Part shown: in pieces, positions 28,299 through 39,000 of the stretch
How the letters are laid out: every line of letters begins with the position of its first letter
Position numbering within the stretch: the stretch's first letter is position 1
From: Yuukianura sp. NJ FZ-2021
Taxonomy: Eukaryota
Assembly (NCBI GenBank): GCA_046563655.1
Contig: CM102287.1
Span: forward strand, 744,001 to 808,000
Length of the DNA: 64,000 nucleotides
Direction of reading: 5' to 3'
The notes under the pieces: generated by a model
The model's database searches: none
The model's input: only the letters and a program-made list of their open reading frames with translations
Told to the model about the DNA's origin: nothing
Translations under genes and position numbers: made by a program

Positions 28299-28519
28299 AG
28301 CAACGTCAGCAGTTTCCCACACTCTCAAATCGTTTTTTCTCCTACCTGGAGACTTGCCTCAGCGACCTTCAAACCTTCAACCAGGAGCTGGAACACGTCC
28401 CACACGACTAAAACTCCATTTCTCCCTTTTCACTTGGTGGTTAAAATAAAATTTTAATCTTTTTACTTGATTCGGAACGAAAAAGAGAATTGGATTTTGG
28501 AAATTTTATTTGTTTTTTT

Positions 28520-29047
28520 TTAATTGAATGGAGTACAGCATTGATTAAGGTTAGTTGAAGAAGGAGAAGGGTTTTTTGTGAGTCTCCTCAGCTTTTTTCT
28601 TACAAATTGTCTAACTAGCCTATCATTTCTTTTGGAGTTGGAATTGAAGTTGCAGTAAATGGACATGAGACAGCAAGTGTGGTAAAGTTTGTAGAGGAAA
28701 TAGATTGCATATTCTCCACACACTTGGGAGTTTGGACTTTGAAGAGTCCGGATGTTTTCCACAATTGAAGTCTGGAGCCGAGATGCAAAGTTTGAAAAGG
28801 CCTTGTCGTAAAACTCCACACCCATCCCGTACGAGTCGATGAATTTGAGGGAAGCCTTGGAATTTTCTCGAAACATGGCCACCCAATGACTTCCGGGAAA
28901 TGTGGACGGATCCGAGTTGACAACCAGCAGCAGAGGATAACGCTGAACCTCAAGGTGATCCAAATAGTCACACGGAATGACTTGAAAAGTGGCCTGCGTC
29001 GACTTCAAAAATGATGACAGGTAGGTGAAAATTTGTCGCGTCTCCAT
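28520..29047 (-). CDS. Adenain-like cysteine (maturation) protease
   Basis: NSDPSTFPGSHWVAM (His), FIDSYG (Asp), QSPNSQVCGEY (Gln/Cys); likely ATG at 29047, just after the MCP stop. Confidence 0.93.
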   Translation of the reverse strand: METRQIFTYLSSFLKSTQATFQVIPCDYLDHLEVQRYPLLLVVNSDPSTFPGSHWVAMFRENSKASLKFIDSYGMGVEFYDKAFSNFASRLQTSIVENIRTLQSPNSQVCGEYAIYFLYKLYHTCCLMSIYCNFNSNSKRNDRLVRQFVRKKLRRLTKNPSPSSTNLNQCCTPFN

Positions 29048-29054
29048 CGTCTCT

Positions 29055-30407
29055 CTATCCGGTGGTGCTGGTTGCGCTGTAGTCTTTCCAAAAGACGTTC
29101 TTGCTCGAATCAATGTAGAGAACTGCCTGGTATTCGGCATAGACCATCACAGTAATAGCCTTGGCAACAGCCTTTTTAAACTTCAATTCAATTTTCACAT
29201 TTCCATGTTTTGGAGGTGCAAAGCCTTCTCGAGTATGTCGCAAGTTGTAAATCATCAAAGGTTGTTTCTTATACTCGGCTCTGGTCATGTCAATTCCGAC
29301 ATCTTCGTTGGACATTCCCAGACCGTAAAATAGATTGTTGTAGAGCTGAATATACTGATCTCCTTCCCAATCCAAATGCATTGCCAGAGATGAACTTTGA
29401 TCTCCGTTGACAGTAACGTTGAGATGGTTAAAGTCAAAGTGGGAAAAATTGAAGGGATTCGTTGTGATTGTACCCATGTAGTCTTCCGATTCCAAAAGTC
29501 CAATTATAATTCTGTCTGGAAGGAGCCCACTCAGCAAATTTTCATTGATGCTTTGCAAACTCCCAGGTCCAACCGTGTAAGTTTTGAGTTCCACACGACG
29601 AAGAGGATATGTAATTGATCGCCCTAGTTCCCACTCTTTGAGGATTGACGTTACGAGTGAGGGAAGAAGAGTATGCTTTTGAACAATGATTCTGGCCTCG
29701 GAAATTTGAACTTGATACTTTCCATCTGCTTTGTCAGCGATTAAACAAAATGCAGGAGAGGATCGTAGAAAGCTGATGCGAACATCAATTCCAGGAATGA
29801 GAAATTTGTTTTGGGCGAAAATGTCTCCAAATGGACGTCCAATCAACTCAACACTCTTGCTTCCCTTTGTCAAATCGAACCGAGTTTTGTAACCATCCTC
29901 TACTGTTGTGCTCTTGCTGCTGGGATCCTTGTCTTTGTAGTATAGAGAACCCTGGGCTTGCGACTTTTTGAATTCTTTGTTGTAACCGAGTAGAGTTTCA
30001 AGGTAGCTTCGGTAGGCGTATTGATTTGAGGATGGTGTGATGAGAGTCTCATTGAAATAAACGCTGAGTTGCTGAAACAGGGTATGTAGAAAATTGTTTG
30101 CAGGTGCGACAAGTTCCTCTGCCGCCAGAGCAGTTCCATTTTCAGCAACAATTCTTGCCTTGACGTACAACTTTGTCTCGGACAAGTCCAAAAAGTGTGT
30201 ATCATTTCCTTGAATGTAAAATTCCACGGGAGCCAAACTGTCCGCCAGAGATGTAATTGGATGATACTCGGTTTGAATTGTAGACAAAAGACTGACATCA
30301 AAGGCAGGTTCTTCAAACAAATTTGTCTCTGAACGGATAAAAGTGTAAGGAGCAGCCGGCCCTGAGGTTGTCCCTCCGTACCCTTTTGTTGTTTTTACGC
30401 GTGGCAT
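29055..30407 (-). CDS. Major capsid protein (double jelly-roll, hexon-like)
   Basis: ~450 aa with Polinton MCP motifs (PVEFYIQG..FLDLSETKLY, NNFLHTLFQQ, YAYRSYLETLL, LPDRIIIGL, NPFNF, GNVKIELKF); clearly homologous to 59723-61024. Confidence 0.92.
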   Translation of the reverse strand: MPRVKTTKGYGGTTSGPAAPYTFIRSETNLFEEPAFDVSLLSTIQTEYHPITSLADSLAPVEFYIQGNDTHFLDLSETKLYVKARIVAENGTALAAEELVAPANNFLHTLFQQLSVYFNETLITPSSNQYAYRSYLETLLGYNKEFKKSQAQGSLYYKDKDPSSKSTTVEDGYKTRFDLTKGSKSVELIGRPFGDIFAQNKFLIPGIDVRISFLRSSPAFCLIADKADGKYQVQISEARIIVQKHTLLPSLVTSILKEWELGRSITYPLRRVELKTYTVGPGSLQSINENLLSGLLPDRIIIGLLESEDYMGTITTNPFNFSHFDFNHLNVTVNGDQSSSLAMHLDWEGDQYIQLYNNLFYGLGMSNEDVGIDMTRAEYKKQPLMIYNLRHTREGFAPPKHGNVKIELKFKKAVAKAITVMVYAEYQAVLYIDSSKNVFWKDYSATSTTG

Positions 30408-30408
30408 T

Positions 30409-30850
30409 TTAGAAAATGTACCTCGTTCCACCGACTCTCTTACGACTCTTTGTTCGGCGTCTCTTATTTCTTCTGCTTTTAGCCTTCTTTGACTTTTTTC
30501 GCCTTGGACCGTTTGCTGGTTTTCCTCGTAGTCGTTTGATGCCTCGTTTCCTTGACCTCACACCTCGAATGCCCGAACCCGTCTGATTCATAACATCCCT
30601 ACCCATACTCTTAAGTGCTTCCCAGCCGTGCGATTTCAGAGATTCCTTGATGGGTTTTTTGTTCAAAATAAAGTCAGAGGCGACACCTCCTACGGCATCT
30701 GCCGCATGTGGCAGTACGTACTGCTTAAGAAACGGAAAAAGCCGACGTGCAATTGCACCAAAAACTCCTCCAAGACCAGCCCCTGACGGGTCACGTAAAT
30801 TAGAATAATTGATTCGACCAAGACCAACATTATAAACATAATTTTGACAT
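30409..30850 (-). CDS. Basic core/membrane-active virion protein, with a 1-nt frameshift just after the ATG
   Basis: The open frame upstream of the listed ORF reads NYVYNVGLG...SGAGLGGVFGAIARRLFPFLK...QTGSG plus an R/K-rich tail. The ATG at 30850 is out of frame by one extra A (ATGTCAAAATTAT). Homologous to 61038-61516. Confidence 0.75.
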
Positions 30851-31024
30851 TTTTTAAATTTTTATTTTGCTTTTTTTAACCTTTTTGACGACGAACCCCA
30901 CTAAAGTAGATTGTGGTGGGGGAAAATCCACTACCAAATTGATTTTGTGAAAAAAATGAATCGACAGGAAAGTCTCCAGCACAATTGTAGGGGAGGGAGG
31001 CAGAGTGGTGTCCAGACGTTGACC

Positions 31025-31963
31025 TCATGTCTTCCGTTCGCGAAAGCGAAGTGTAGCCGTGAGGTTACCAAACTCAAATGGCATCCTCTCTCCCACCTCG
31101 TTCATTATATACAAATGAATAGTATCAAATTGAGATACGGCCAGCTGCATGTAGTGGGCATGAGTGAATTCATGAGAGTGTTGTTTTCGAAATTTTCCCT
31201 CATAGTTGACCACTCGAAGAATTGGTGCAAGAGCATCTCCAATGAATTGAGGTCGGATTAGGTTGCAGTAGACGAAAAGTTTTGTTTGTCCAGCATTCAA
31301 AAAGACTGGATACGCTCCTTCTCCTTCGTAAAGATAGAATCCATCTGCAGGTAGGGCTCCTCTGACGACTTGGTTCGCTGTCTGCAATTCTCCTCCACCC
31401 ATCCCCAGAATGTCAGCTACTTGTGGAGAAAACTTGATTGTAGTTCCTTCCTTCAAGGGTATGCGATACTTGAAGATGCTGGATTCGATTCGAAACTGAG
31501 AGTTGGGTAGCATATCGTGCAGAAAACTCAATAGTTGAGTGTCAGTCATCAAACGTCGGTGTGTTTTGATTGGAATTTCCAAAACTTTTGGAGGTGAAAA
31601 TGCACGCTGATTAGCAGAGCGGCGCTGTCTTTCTCGAAACGAATTGCTCTTGTCATTCATATCCAGTTCATGTACAGCAGCAGCGACTGTCTCTGCACCT
31701 GTTGGCGCGGCGACAAAAGATGGTGGTGGCAACTGGACCCGTTTTGTAAAAATTGTTCTTCCTGCTCCGACAAACGCATTTCCATAAGTATAGCTCAAGT
31801 CGGTCAAGGCCACCTCCCATTGATCTCCAGGCAGACTGATGGAACTTGCCAACTTATTCTTGAAATCGCAAATTAAATTGCCTGGAAAATAGTCCATCGA
31901 AGCATTCGATTGAAGCGTAACGTAGAAAGAGTTGGATGTACTCGAACCAGTCGCAGTCATCAT
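31025..31963 (-). CDS. Minor capsid protein (penton, single jelly-roll)
   Basis: FYVTLQSNAS..FPGN...F.NKL..I.L..WEVALTDLSY and LFVYCNLIRPQFIGD..APILRVV, the typical Polinton penton termini; likely ATG at 31963. Confidence 0.9.
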   Translation of the reverse strand: MMTATGSSTSNSFYVTLQSNASMDYFPGNLICDFKNKLASSISLPGDQWEVALTDLSYTYGNAFVGAGRTIFTKRVQLPPPSFVAAPTGAETVAAAVHELDMNDKSNSFRERQRRSANQRAFSPPKVLEIPIKTHRRLMTDTQLLSFLHDMLPNSQFRIESSIFKYRIPLKEGTTIKFSPQVADILGMGGGELQTANQVVRGALPADGFYLYEGEGAYPVFLNAGQTKLFVYCNLIRPQFIGDALAPILRVVNYEGKFRKQHSHEFTHAHYMQLAVSQFDTIHLYIMNEVGERMPFEFGNLTATLRFRERKT

Positions 31964-31973
31964 CGTTGTCAAA

Positions 31974-32230
31974 GCACGAAATCCTTTTAAATAAAAGCAC
32001 GAATCCATAAAAATGTGAGGCACGAATCCTTAAAATTGGTTAGCACGAATCCTTTTAATCTAAATTAAACTTACCCTCAAATCCAAAAATACGTAGGTAG
32101 GGATGAGTAGAATTGTAAGCTCGAATCCACAAGAATGGTTGGCACGAATCCTTAAAGTCTTTTCTCAACAATTTGTGTTGATCCAAAAGAAGCAAAAGCA
32201 CGAATGAACAAAATCGCTGGGCACGAATCC
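31974..32230. promoter_or_regulatory. Cluster of eight GCACGAATCC-like motifs with 23-bp phasing upstream of the capsid genes
   Basis: Exact copies at 31997, 32020, 32043, 32142, 32221; variants at 31974, 32119, 32198. The repeats are seen directly; the regulatory function is inferred. Confidence 0.55.
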
Positions 32231-32335
32231 TCAAAAAATGATCACGCTGGATCCTCCCCACACAACGTTCGGCTGCCCGATCAGCCCCCTCGCGCGGGCA
32301 GGCAGGGGGACCTTGCCTCCGACTCCACGTATCCT

Positions 32336-33340
32336 TCAAAACTTTTCCCAACGGCAGAAGTTTGCTCCTCCTCCTCCCTTTTGACTCTTGGTCCCTCCTT
32401 TTCGGAACACATCCTTTCCAGTTGGATTAGCAGCCCTCCTTACAAGCCTCTTTGCAATAGGTGTAGCTTTAGCTCTAGTAGGTGAGGGACGATGAATTTG
32501 AAATGGTGGTGGCGGTGGGGGTTGGGGGTTTTCTTCAAAAACATCTTCTTCCTCTTCCTCCTCCTCTTCCTCATCGGTTCCCCTTTCATTCTGGCTGGCA
32601 CTTGGTGTGTTGTAATTTGATCCCGCCAGGTTCTGTTGTTGTCTTTGGTCAAAAAATATTGCTGGGGAAGTGATTAGGCGCGAAATTCCAGAGTTTGGAG
32701 CAGATCCATCCACAATTTTTGGGGAAATGTACCGCTGCAATTGGTCTCGAACTTGTATGAATCCTTCGGGAGCTCTAATATGCTTTCGATCCTTGAGGTT
32801 TATGAAATATTGTAGTATGTTTACAATGTCAGAGCCTGGTAGACGTTGCTTTTGAATCAAAACTTCAAACTTTTCATTCCAAACAATGTCATTGTTGCGC
32901 ATCAAATGCAAAAGTTTTCTTGCATTTTTACTTCCTTTTAGCTGCTCCAAAATGTATGGTTCAGTAACATCTAGAAGATTTTCCACTCTGATGCTGGGAT
33001 TGGAAATTATACTATCTCCAAGTTGAGTTCCGTAAAAAAGATTTGATTGATTGTCGTCGTCGTCTTCTTGAAATCCCTCATGTTGACGGTCACGGTCACC
33101 CGCAACATTTTTCACCAAAATTGGTTTGGATTCTAAAATATGACGTTTTTGATGGAGACGACGAGCTAGGTCTTGATACAAAATTGCTTTTATGTCATCT
33201 GGTATGTTTGAATTTGATAACACGCTCAGTTTCGGGTCTACAGAATCGACGGCTGGGATAGAAACGTCATTTCCAACTAATCTGGTTTGCTGCTGAATTT
33301 TTTGAAAATCTGCTTCGTTCACCAACCTCATTCGCTTCAT
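32336..33340 (-). CDS. Conserved Polinton protein of unknown function (334 aa, acidic/proline-rich tail)
   Basis: MKRMRLV start, DDIKAILY and IVWNEKFEV..Q.LPGSDIVNIL motifs shared with 55493-56344 (MSKKMKLI, DDIKLALF, ISWDESGQV..G.NIIELL). Confidence 0.8.
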   Translation of the reverse strand: MKRMRLVNEADFQKIQQQTRLVGNDVSIPAVDSVDPKLSVLSNSNIPDDIKAILYQDLARRLHQKRHILESKPILVKNVAGDRDRQHEGFQEDDDDNQSNLFYGTQLGDSIISNPSIRVENLLDVTEPYILEQLKGSKNARKLLHLMRNNDIVWNEKFEVLIQKQRLPGSDIVNILQYFINLKDRKHIRAPEGFIQVRDQLQRYISPKIVDGSAPNSGISRLITSPAIFFDQRQQQNLAGSNYNTPSASQNERGTDEEEEEEEEEDVFEENPQPPPPPPFQIHRPSPTRAKATPIAKRLVRRAANPTGKDVFRKGGTKSQKGGGGANFCRWEKF

Positions 33341-33705
33341 TCCGATTGAGTTTTCTTTTTGAAAAATCCTACGGCAGAACTAATTAAAGAGGGTAGTACA
33401 GCTCCCAACAAAAGAGGTAGTACCGCTCCCCCTTTTTGAGACAAGAGTCGTTTTTTCTTAAATTTGAGACTTGACCTCCGCCGACCCTTGAGTATTGCGA
33501 GAATGGTTTTTTTGTATGGTTTCAGGCGTTTGACAGTGTTGGCGGTGATGCCCACGTTCCCTTTGTATACGTTAAGTATACACTCACAAATGCCTTGAAT
33601 TTCCTCTTTGCTTGCGTTTTTAATCAATTCTCGCCGCTGCTTAGGTGACGTTGCTTTGGACAAATAGCTCAAAAACTCTCTGTTTTGCGCTACACACTTG
33701 GACAT
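33337..33705 (-). CDS. Small basic conserved Polinton virion protein (122 aa)
   Basis: KQRRELIKNAS..I..ICECILNVYKGNV...QKGGAVLPLLL; homologous to 56344-56690 (NTLIGNVPL...QKGGFLPLLV). Confidence 0.85.
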   Translation of the reverse strand: MSKCVAQNREFLSYLSKATSPKQRRELIKNASKEEIQGICECILNVYKGNVGITANTVKRLKPYKKTILAILKGRRRSSLKFKKKRLLSQKGGAVLPLLLGAVLPSLISSAVGFFKKKTQSE

Positions 33706-33806
33706 GTTGACCAGTCAAGGAGTTGGGCGTCAATGAACCTTTTCACGCCAGAAGCTGCTAACAATAAAGACCATGACACTTGTCGCATTTTAATTTAGTC
33801 GTCAAA

Positions 33807-34738
33807 ATGTCAGAGCTAGACAAACAAATCAAAGAGGATTACGTAAATCCAAATGTCCAGCACAGCTTTTCGGGTGCATATCAAGTTAAAAAAAGTTTGA
33901 AAAATCATTCAAAAGATGTCGAGCGGTCACTCTACTCCATACCAGCATATACTCTGCACAAACGAGCTCGGAAAAGATATCCTAGGCGAAGAGTATTCAT
34001 TCCTGGACTTAAGCAACAAATGGTAGCAGATCTGATTGACGTAAGCAAGTATAGCGACTCAAACAACGGATACAAGTTCTTGTTGACTTGCATCAATGGG
34101 TTTAGTAAAGTTGCGGATGCAATCCCACTCAAGAATAAAAATGCACCTACTGTGCGAAATGCTCTGGCAAAGATTATAGAGAAGCGAGGAGCGTGCAAAT
34201 ACATACAAGTAGATCGGGGCAAAGAGTTTATCAACAAAACTGTGGAGAAGTTACTCAAACAGCATGGAATCCATTTGTTCAGTACAGGATCCGAGTTGAA
34301 GGCGGTAATTGTGGAGAGATTCAACCAGACTCTTATGAATAGAATTGCTCGCTACATGACATACAAAGAAACGGAGAAATTTTACGACGTTCTGCCTGCG
34401 ATTGTTGAGAATTACAACAATTCATACCACTCTTCCATCAAATGCACACCGAATCAAGTCAACGAAGAAACGAAAACTGATGTTTTCTTAAATCTATACA
34501 AAGACAAAGTCGTAAAACGTCGGAAAAAGACGAAATTCTCCGTTGGGGACACTGTTCTGATTAGTAAAATCAAGAAAATCTTTGAAAAAGGCTACTCGAG
34601 GTCTTGGAATCGAGAGCAGTTCAAGGTTTCCAAAGTTTTTATACTACTCCAACCAGCTATCAGCTTCAGGATTTGAAAGGAGAGTTCATATTTGGTGTAT
34701 TTTATGATCCGGAACTCCAGAAAGTTCTTCATTCCTAA
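33807..34738 (+). CDS. Retroviral-like DDE integrase; 1-nt frameshift at ~34636-34640
   Basis: QMVADLID, QVDRGKEF, IVERFNQTL. Adding one T to the T5 run restores VFYTTPTSYQLQDLKGEFIFGVFYDPELQKVLHS*, which matches the C-terminus of the second integrase (PVTYRVRDLSGEQISGIYYSQDL). Confidence 0.92.
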
Positions 34739-34918
34739 CCTTACAGTCGACTGGTGATGAACTGTGGTTGCATTTTTAGTATCTGGAGATCATTTTCCGA
34801 ATTTTTGTGTAAACGAAATTCTACAACTACAATCACAGTGTGTAAATCCTTCTCTTGCAACTGCAACTTGAACAAATCATCACGAGGACAATCTGTGAAA
34901 CTTCATCCAACTCAAGAA

Positions 34919-35281
34919 ATGGCAACTCCTGGACCAACCTTTGTACCATCCGAAGACATGGAAGGCCACGAAAGTTCTCCACCATACACTCTACACTCAA
35001 CTCGTCAAAAGAAAAAGAAGCATTATCCAGCCCACACCCGCAAAGTATCATCGGTTCCCATGATTGTGGAGATTCGCAAGCAATTCCCAAATCCTCTACC
35101 TCCACCTCAAGTCATGCTCGAGAATGGATGGACCCTCTTTCTTGCTGATCATCTTGGAAATACTACAGACAACTCGTATCTTCACATCCGAAACCAGTCG
35201 GAACCGGGTGTTGGAATCTGCATTCCTGCAGATTTGTTTGACTGTCTAGTTCAAGGACTACTAGAACTCAAACGAACTTGA
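34919..35281 (+). CDS. Small protein, possibly PC4-like ssDNA-binding fold
   Basis: ATG at 34919 (MATPGP...). The C-terminal YLHIRNQSEPGVGICIPADLFDCLVQGL resembles the PC4 pattern (Y.DIR...KGI.L..E.W..L); weak, judged by eye. Confidence 0.5.
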   Translation: MATPGPTFVPSEDMEGHESSPPYTLHSTRQKKKKHYPAHTRKVSSVPMIVEIRKQFPNPLPPPQVMLENGWTLFLADHLGNTTDNSYLHIRNQSEPGVGICIPADLFDCLVQGLLELKRT

Positions 35282-35299
35282 GGGTAAGTTACCTTGAAT

Positions 35300-35956
35300 C
35301 TATTTTTTCAAATAGACGATGCATGACGGGTCGGGAAAAAGATTTGAACGGAAACGGTGTTCGTCATCCTGTTGTTGACTCAAGTCCAAAAACAAGTAGC
35401 TGTTTGGCTTGTTTTTGGTTGCATCCTCGTAAGCAGCTTCAAGGACTGGATGACTTTTTCCATTGTTCATCTGTCTTCCCAGAAACTGAACAATTGTAGA
35501 GTCTCTTGGATTTCGAAATAACGCCAAGTATTTGCTGTTTAACGTCAAGTTTCTGCAGTTTTTGTAGAAAAAGTTTTGCATTGTAATGATTAGAGACATT
35601 GATCTATGATGACTCCCTCGTGTCACCATTGTGCAAACTTCCTTGGACATTGCAATCTCTTCCATAAAGTCGTCGAGAATTACGAGAGTGGGAACTCGGT
35701 TCCCCTCGGCCACGTCCACCTCCATACCCTTTTGAAATTCCACACAAACGCCCTCCTTGTCCTTGAAAGGTTCATGCACAGAACTTGCAAACGAAGGCAA
35801 ATCTTCGCCGTAGCAATAGATTACTCGCTCAATTTTAGGCTCAATCACTTCATCCTTTCTCAAAATTAATTGATAAATTAATGTACTCTTTCCAGATTGC
35901 GTGGCTCCTGCACAAACCATCACAAACGGATGACTCAGCTCGAAATGAAAACTCAT
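35300..35956 (-). CDS. A32/FtsK-like genome packaging ATPase
   Basis: Walker A GATQSGKS, Walker B LVILDD, RGSHHRSMSLIITMQN, FRNPRD. Confidence 0.95.
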   Translation of the reverse strand: MSFHFELSHPFVMVCAGATQSGKSTLIYQLILRKDEVIEPKIERVIYCYGEDLPSFASSVHEPFKDKEGVCVEFQKGMEVDVAEGNRVPTLVILDDFMEEIAMSKEVCTMVTRGSHHRSMSLIITMQNFFYKNCRNLTLNSKYLALFRNPRDSTIVQFLGRQMNNGKSHPVLEAAYEDATKNKPNSYLFLDLSQQQDDEHRFRSNLFPDPSCIVYLKK

Positions 35957-36048
35957 CTTTACTTCAACTTTTAATCACTTACTATTGGTCAAACAGTCAA
36001 ATTCAAACTAAAATTTGAAATCATTATTAAATTGGCTTATATTAGGAC

Positions 36049-39000
36049 TTAAACTTGTTGTTGCATTTGTTCCTGTTGTTGTTCTTCTTGTTGTTGGTAC
36101 ATTGGGATTTGGTAGTGACCAAATCGGAGAGACTCAATTGGGGAAATGTAGTAACCAGATTTGTCTTCTAGAGCGGAAAGGCTCTGCTTGCATACGGTCG
36201 TTGTGTAAACTCGGTGGTCCAAACTTCGAATTGTGGTCATTCTAACGCTGAGTGATGACGACTCGTCTAGCACGCGAAGATAGTCCTCAAAACGGAGTTC
36301 ATTTCTCACCGCTGCTCTCACCGTCCCCTTGGCCTTTTTTCGGTCCGAAACGATGTTGTTCTGGTCCAGAGAGCGGACGCAGTACAATTTTGGCTTGAGT
36401 GCAACCACTTCAGTCACAATTGAGTTGGCAAATTCGTCCTTGAAGTAGCCACACTTCCCTTGATGTTGCTGGGAAGACAAGTGTCCGAGGGTTGGATGCT
36501 TGGGATCATAGTTGGAAGTGTCGAGTCGGCAGTCTGGATCTTGGGCCATTTGGTAAAAGTCTTGGTAGAGATCTGGAGTCTTGATGTGCAACAGAAGACT
36601 GTCCGTGTCCGTCATAACCAATCTCATGTTCTCGCCATACTTTTTCTGCATGACATTGTAGTAGAAATCGTACATGATTCGTTTGCTGTCATCCAACACC
36701 GTAAGTCCAGCACTTATGTGCTTATTTAAACATACTGAAAGCTTTTTCATCATAAACAAAACGCACTCATCGTGTAAAATTTTGAAACGCTTCACAGTTG
36801 GTTTTTTGCCATACTCGAAAACTTTCTCACGAGTCAGCGCAATGTTGATTCTCTTGTGCTTTCGAACATTTTGCAACAGTTTCCCAAATACAATGTTACC
36901 CATCGCTTTCCAAAACTTGACATCAACCGGATTCGTGGCACTTCTCCTTCTCTGGATGCACATTTCAATATAGGGGCGCATAAGTGGTGCCTGCATGAAA
37001 CGAAGACCTCGGTGGATTTTTGTCATCTTCAGCCCCAACTGCAAAAACAACTTGAGCAGTCTATAGTGGATAATGTAATTTTTCTTTGGGTAAAAGGTCC
37101 CCATCAGTTTGGATTTGTTGACTGAGGTCGGTCTAACACCCAAATTTTCCATCACGTTTTTTGTGTAGGGGGACAAGTTTTCATATTCAATGATTCCTCG
37201 TTCTACTGCCAGTGGATAGTCATTGTGCTGATCATGCAGTTCATCTGGATAGTCCAAGTCCACTTCCAAAATGAGCCCTTCTCTGTCCTCATCTCCCATC
37301 CTCAAAATTCTTGCAACTGCACTCTCCAAATCTGCGGTTCTTGCCTCAAAGCTCGGATCCCAGCGGAAATTCTTCCAAGGAACAAAGCATCTCAAACATG
37401 TGCTGTAGAGAAGATTGGCGTCCAACAAGCACAAGTAGCTTAGTGGTTTTGATGGGTCGTACTGAGCTCCCATGTAAGGATTGTTTGCTTTTGCATATCG
37501 AAGCCCCACAGCACAATTTCCACCACGAATTCCTCTCTCACACCACATGTACATGTCATCCATCTTCAAGTAGTCATATTCGACTCTTCCAATCAACATT
37601 GCTGCATCATATGCAATTCCTGGGAGTGTGACGTAATGAGCGGGATCTAAGCGGAAATTTGTAATCATAGTATCTCTCAAATCCTGGAAACAATCTGCCA
37701 ACAAGCAAACGTCCAACTTCACATAAAGGTTGTGATAGTCTCTCAAGGTTCTACATCCAAACTCTTCCCACACCTTCAGTGCTCTTTCGTAATCTTCGTC
37801 GGAAATTCCTTCCCCTCTCAATTCACTGTAGAATGCTTCCTTGTCGGGCAGTCCAGTCTCATCCATCTTTTCAAAACTGTCCATGTACTCGTATGGGTAG
37901 ACCCCCTTTTGAAGCAGAAAAGACATTGCTCTTGGATGATGACGAAATGCACTTTTGGTTACTTGGAACTTGTTCACATCCTTTTTCGCCATCATTTCCA
38001 CCAAGTCTGCCAAGCTGGAACTGATAAACTGATAAGAGTCTATAAACTTGAGCGCGTTTCCGGCATGAGTTGTGCACTCCATTGATGTAAACTTTTCTTC
38101 TGACGTGGGTAGGGGTAAAACATGTTTGAACAAGTTGCTTTTCAACGCTTGAACTATAAAGTGAGAGTCATAGTTTCGAAAATTGTGAAAAACGATGGGA
38201 ATTTTTTTGGTGACTTGAAGTTGTAAGTTGCAATTATTGCAACTCACTCCTCGGATACGTCCCGTGAGGTGACAATGGTCAATTACTGTGTCTCTCACAT
38301 TTTGAAACCCAGCACCACAGTGGATGCAGTTTGTGGCTGCCGCTCTCATATTATAAAAATCGATTTCAGTGTATGATGGGTCACGTCCAACATCTTGCTT
38401 CAATTTTGTAAAATATGGTTCAGTAATGTTCACCAAATCTTCGAGTAAATGCTGTGCAGCGTTTCGACCGCAAAAGGTCAATGGTTCTTCACACATCCTC
38501 CCGGTTGGTCCTACAAGAACAAAACCGTAGCCACAGTCAACGTGTTCATTCAGCACATTTCCAATTCGCATTGTTCCACTTTCTTGACGTAAAATGCACT
38601 CAAAGTCACAAACAATGACAAACGACACAGGTAGTGTGTGGCGAATGTGCTTGAATGTGTACTTGAATTCTGGTGGAAAGCATACTCCCTGCGGTTCTAC
38701 GGCAGCACAAAAAACTTGATGTCGTTCTAGTGTTGCCTTGGACTCCCAATAATGAAGACAAAAGTTGCAAATGTACTTCTGATTATACCTCTCGTTTTGT
38801 CCCAACAGACGAGACAACCCGAGGGATGGATTTTCATCTGTTTGCTTCAGCAAAACAAAGTGTGAGTTGCTACCTTCAATTAGTAACAACAGATCAATGT
38901 GTTTTTCTCTTTTTTCACGGCAAACATATAGCGGAAACACTTTCATTTTCTGTTTTGCGTAATTTGGATCTAGTTCGTCGACTGCTTCATAACCATACAC

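Noticed and set aside
34630..34680. Programmed ribosomal frameshift in the integrase
   Set aside because: No canonical X XXY YYZ slippery heptamer, and the homologous integrase in element 2 is continuous; a 1-nt indel is simpler.
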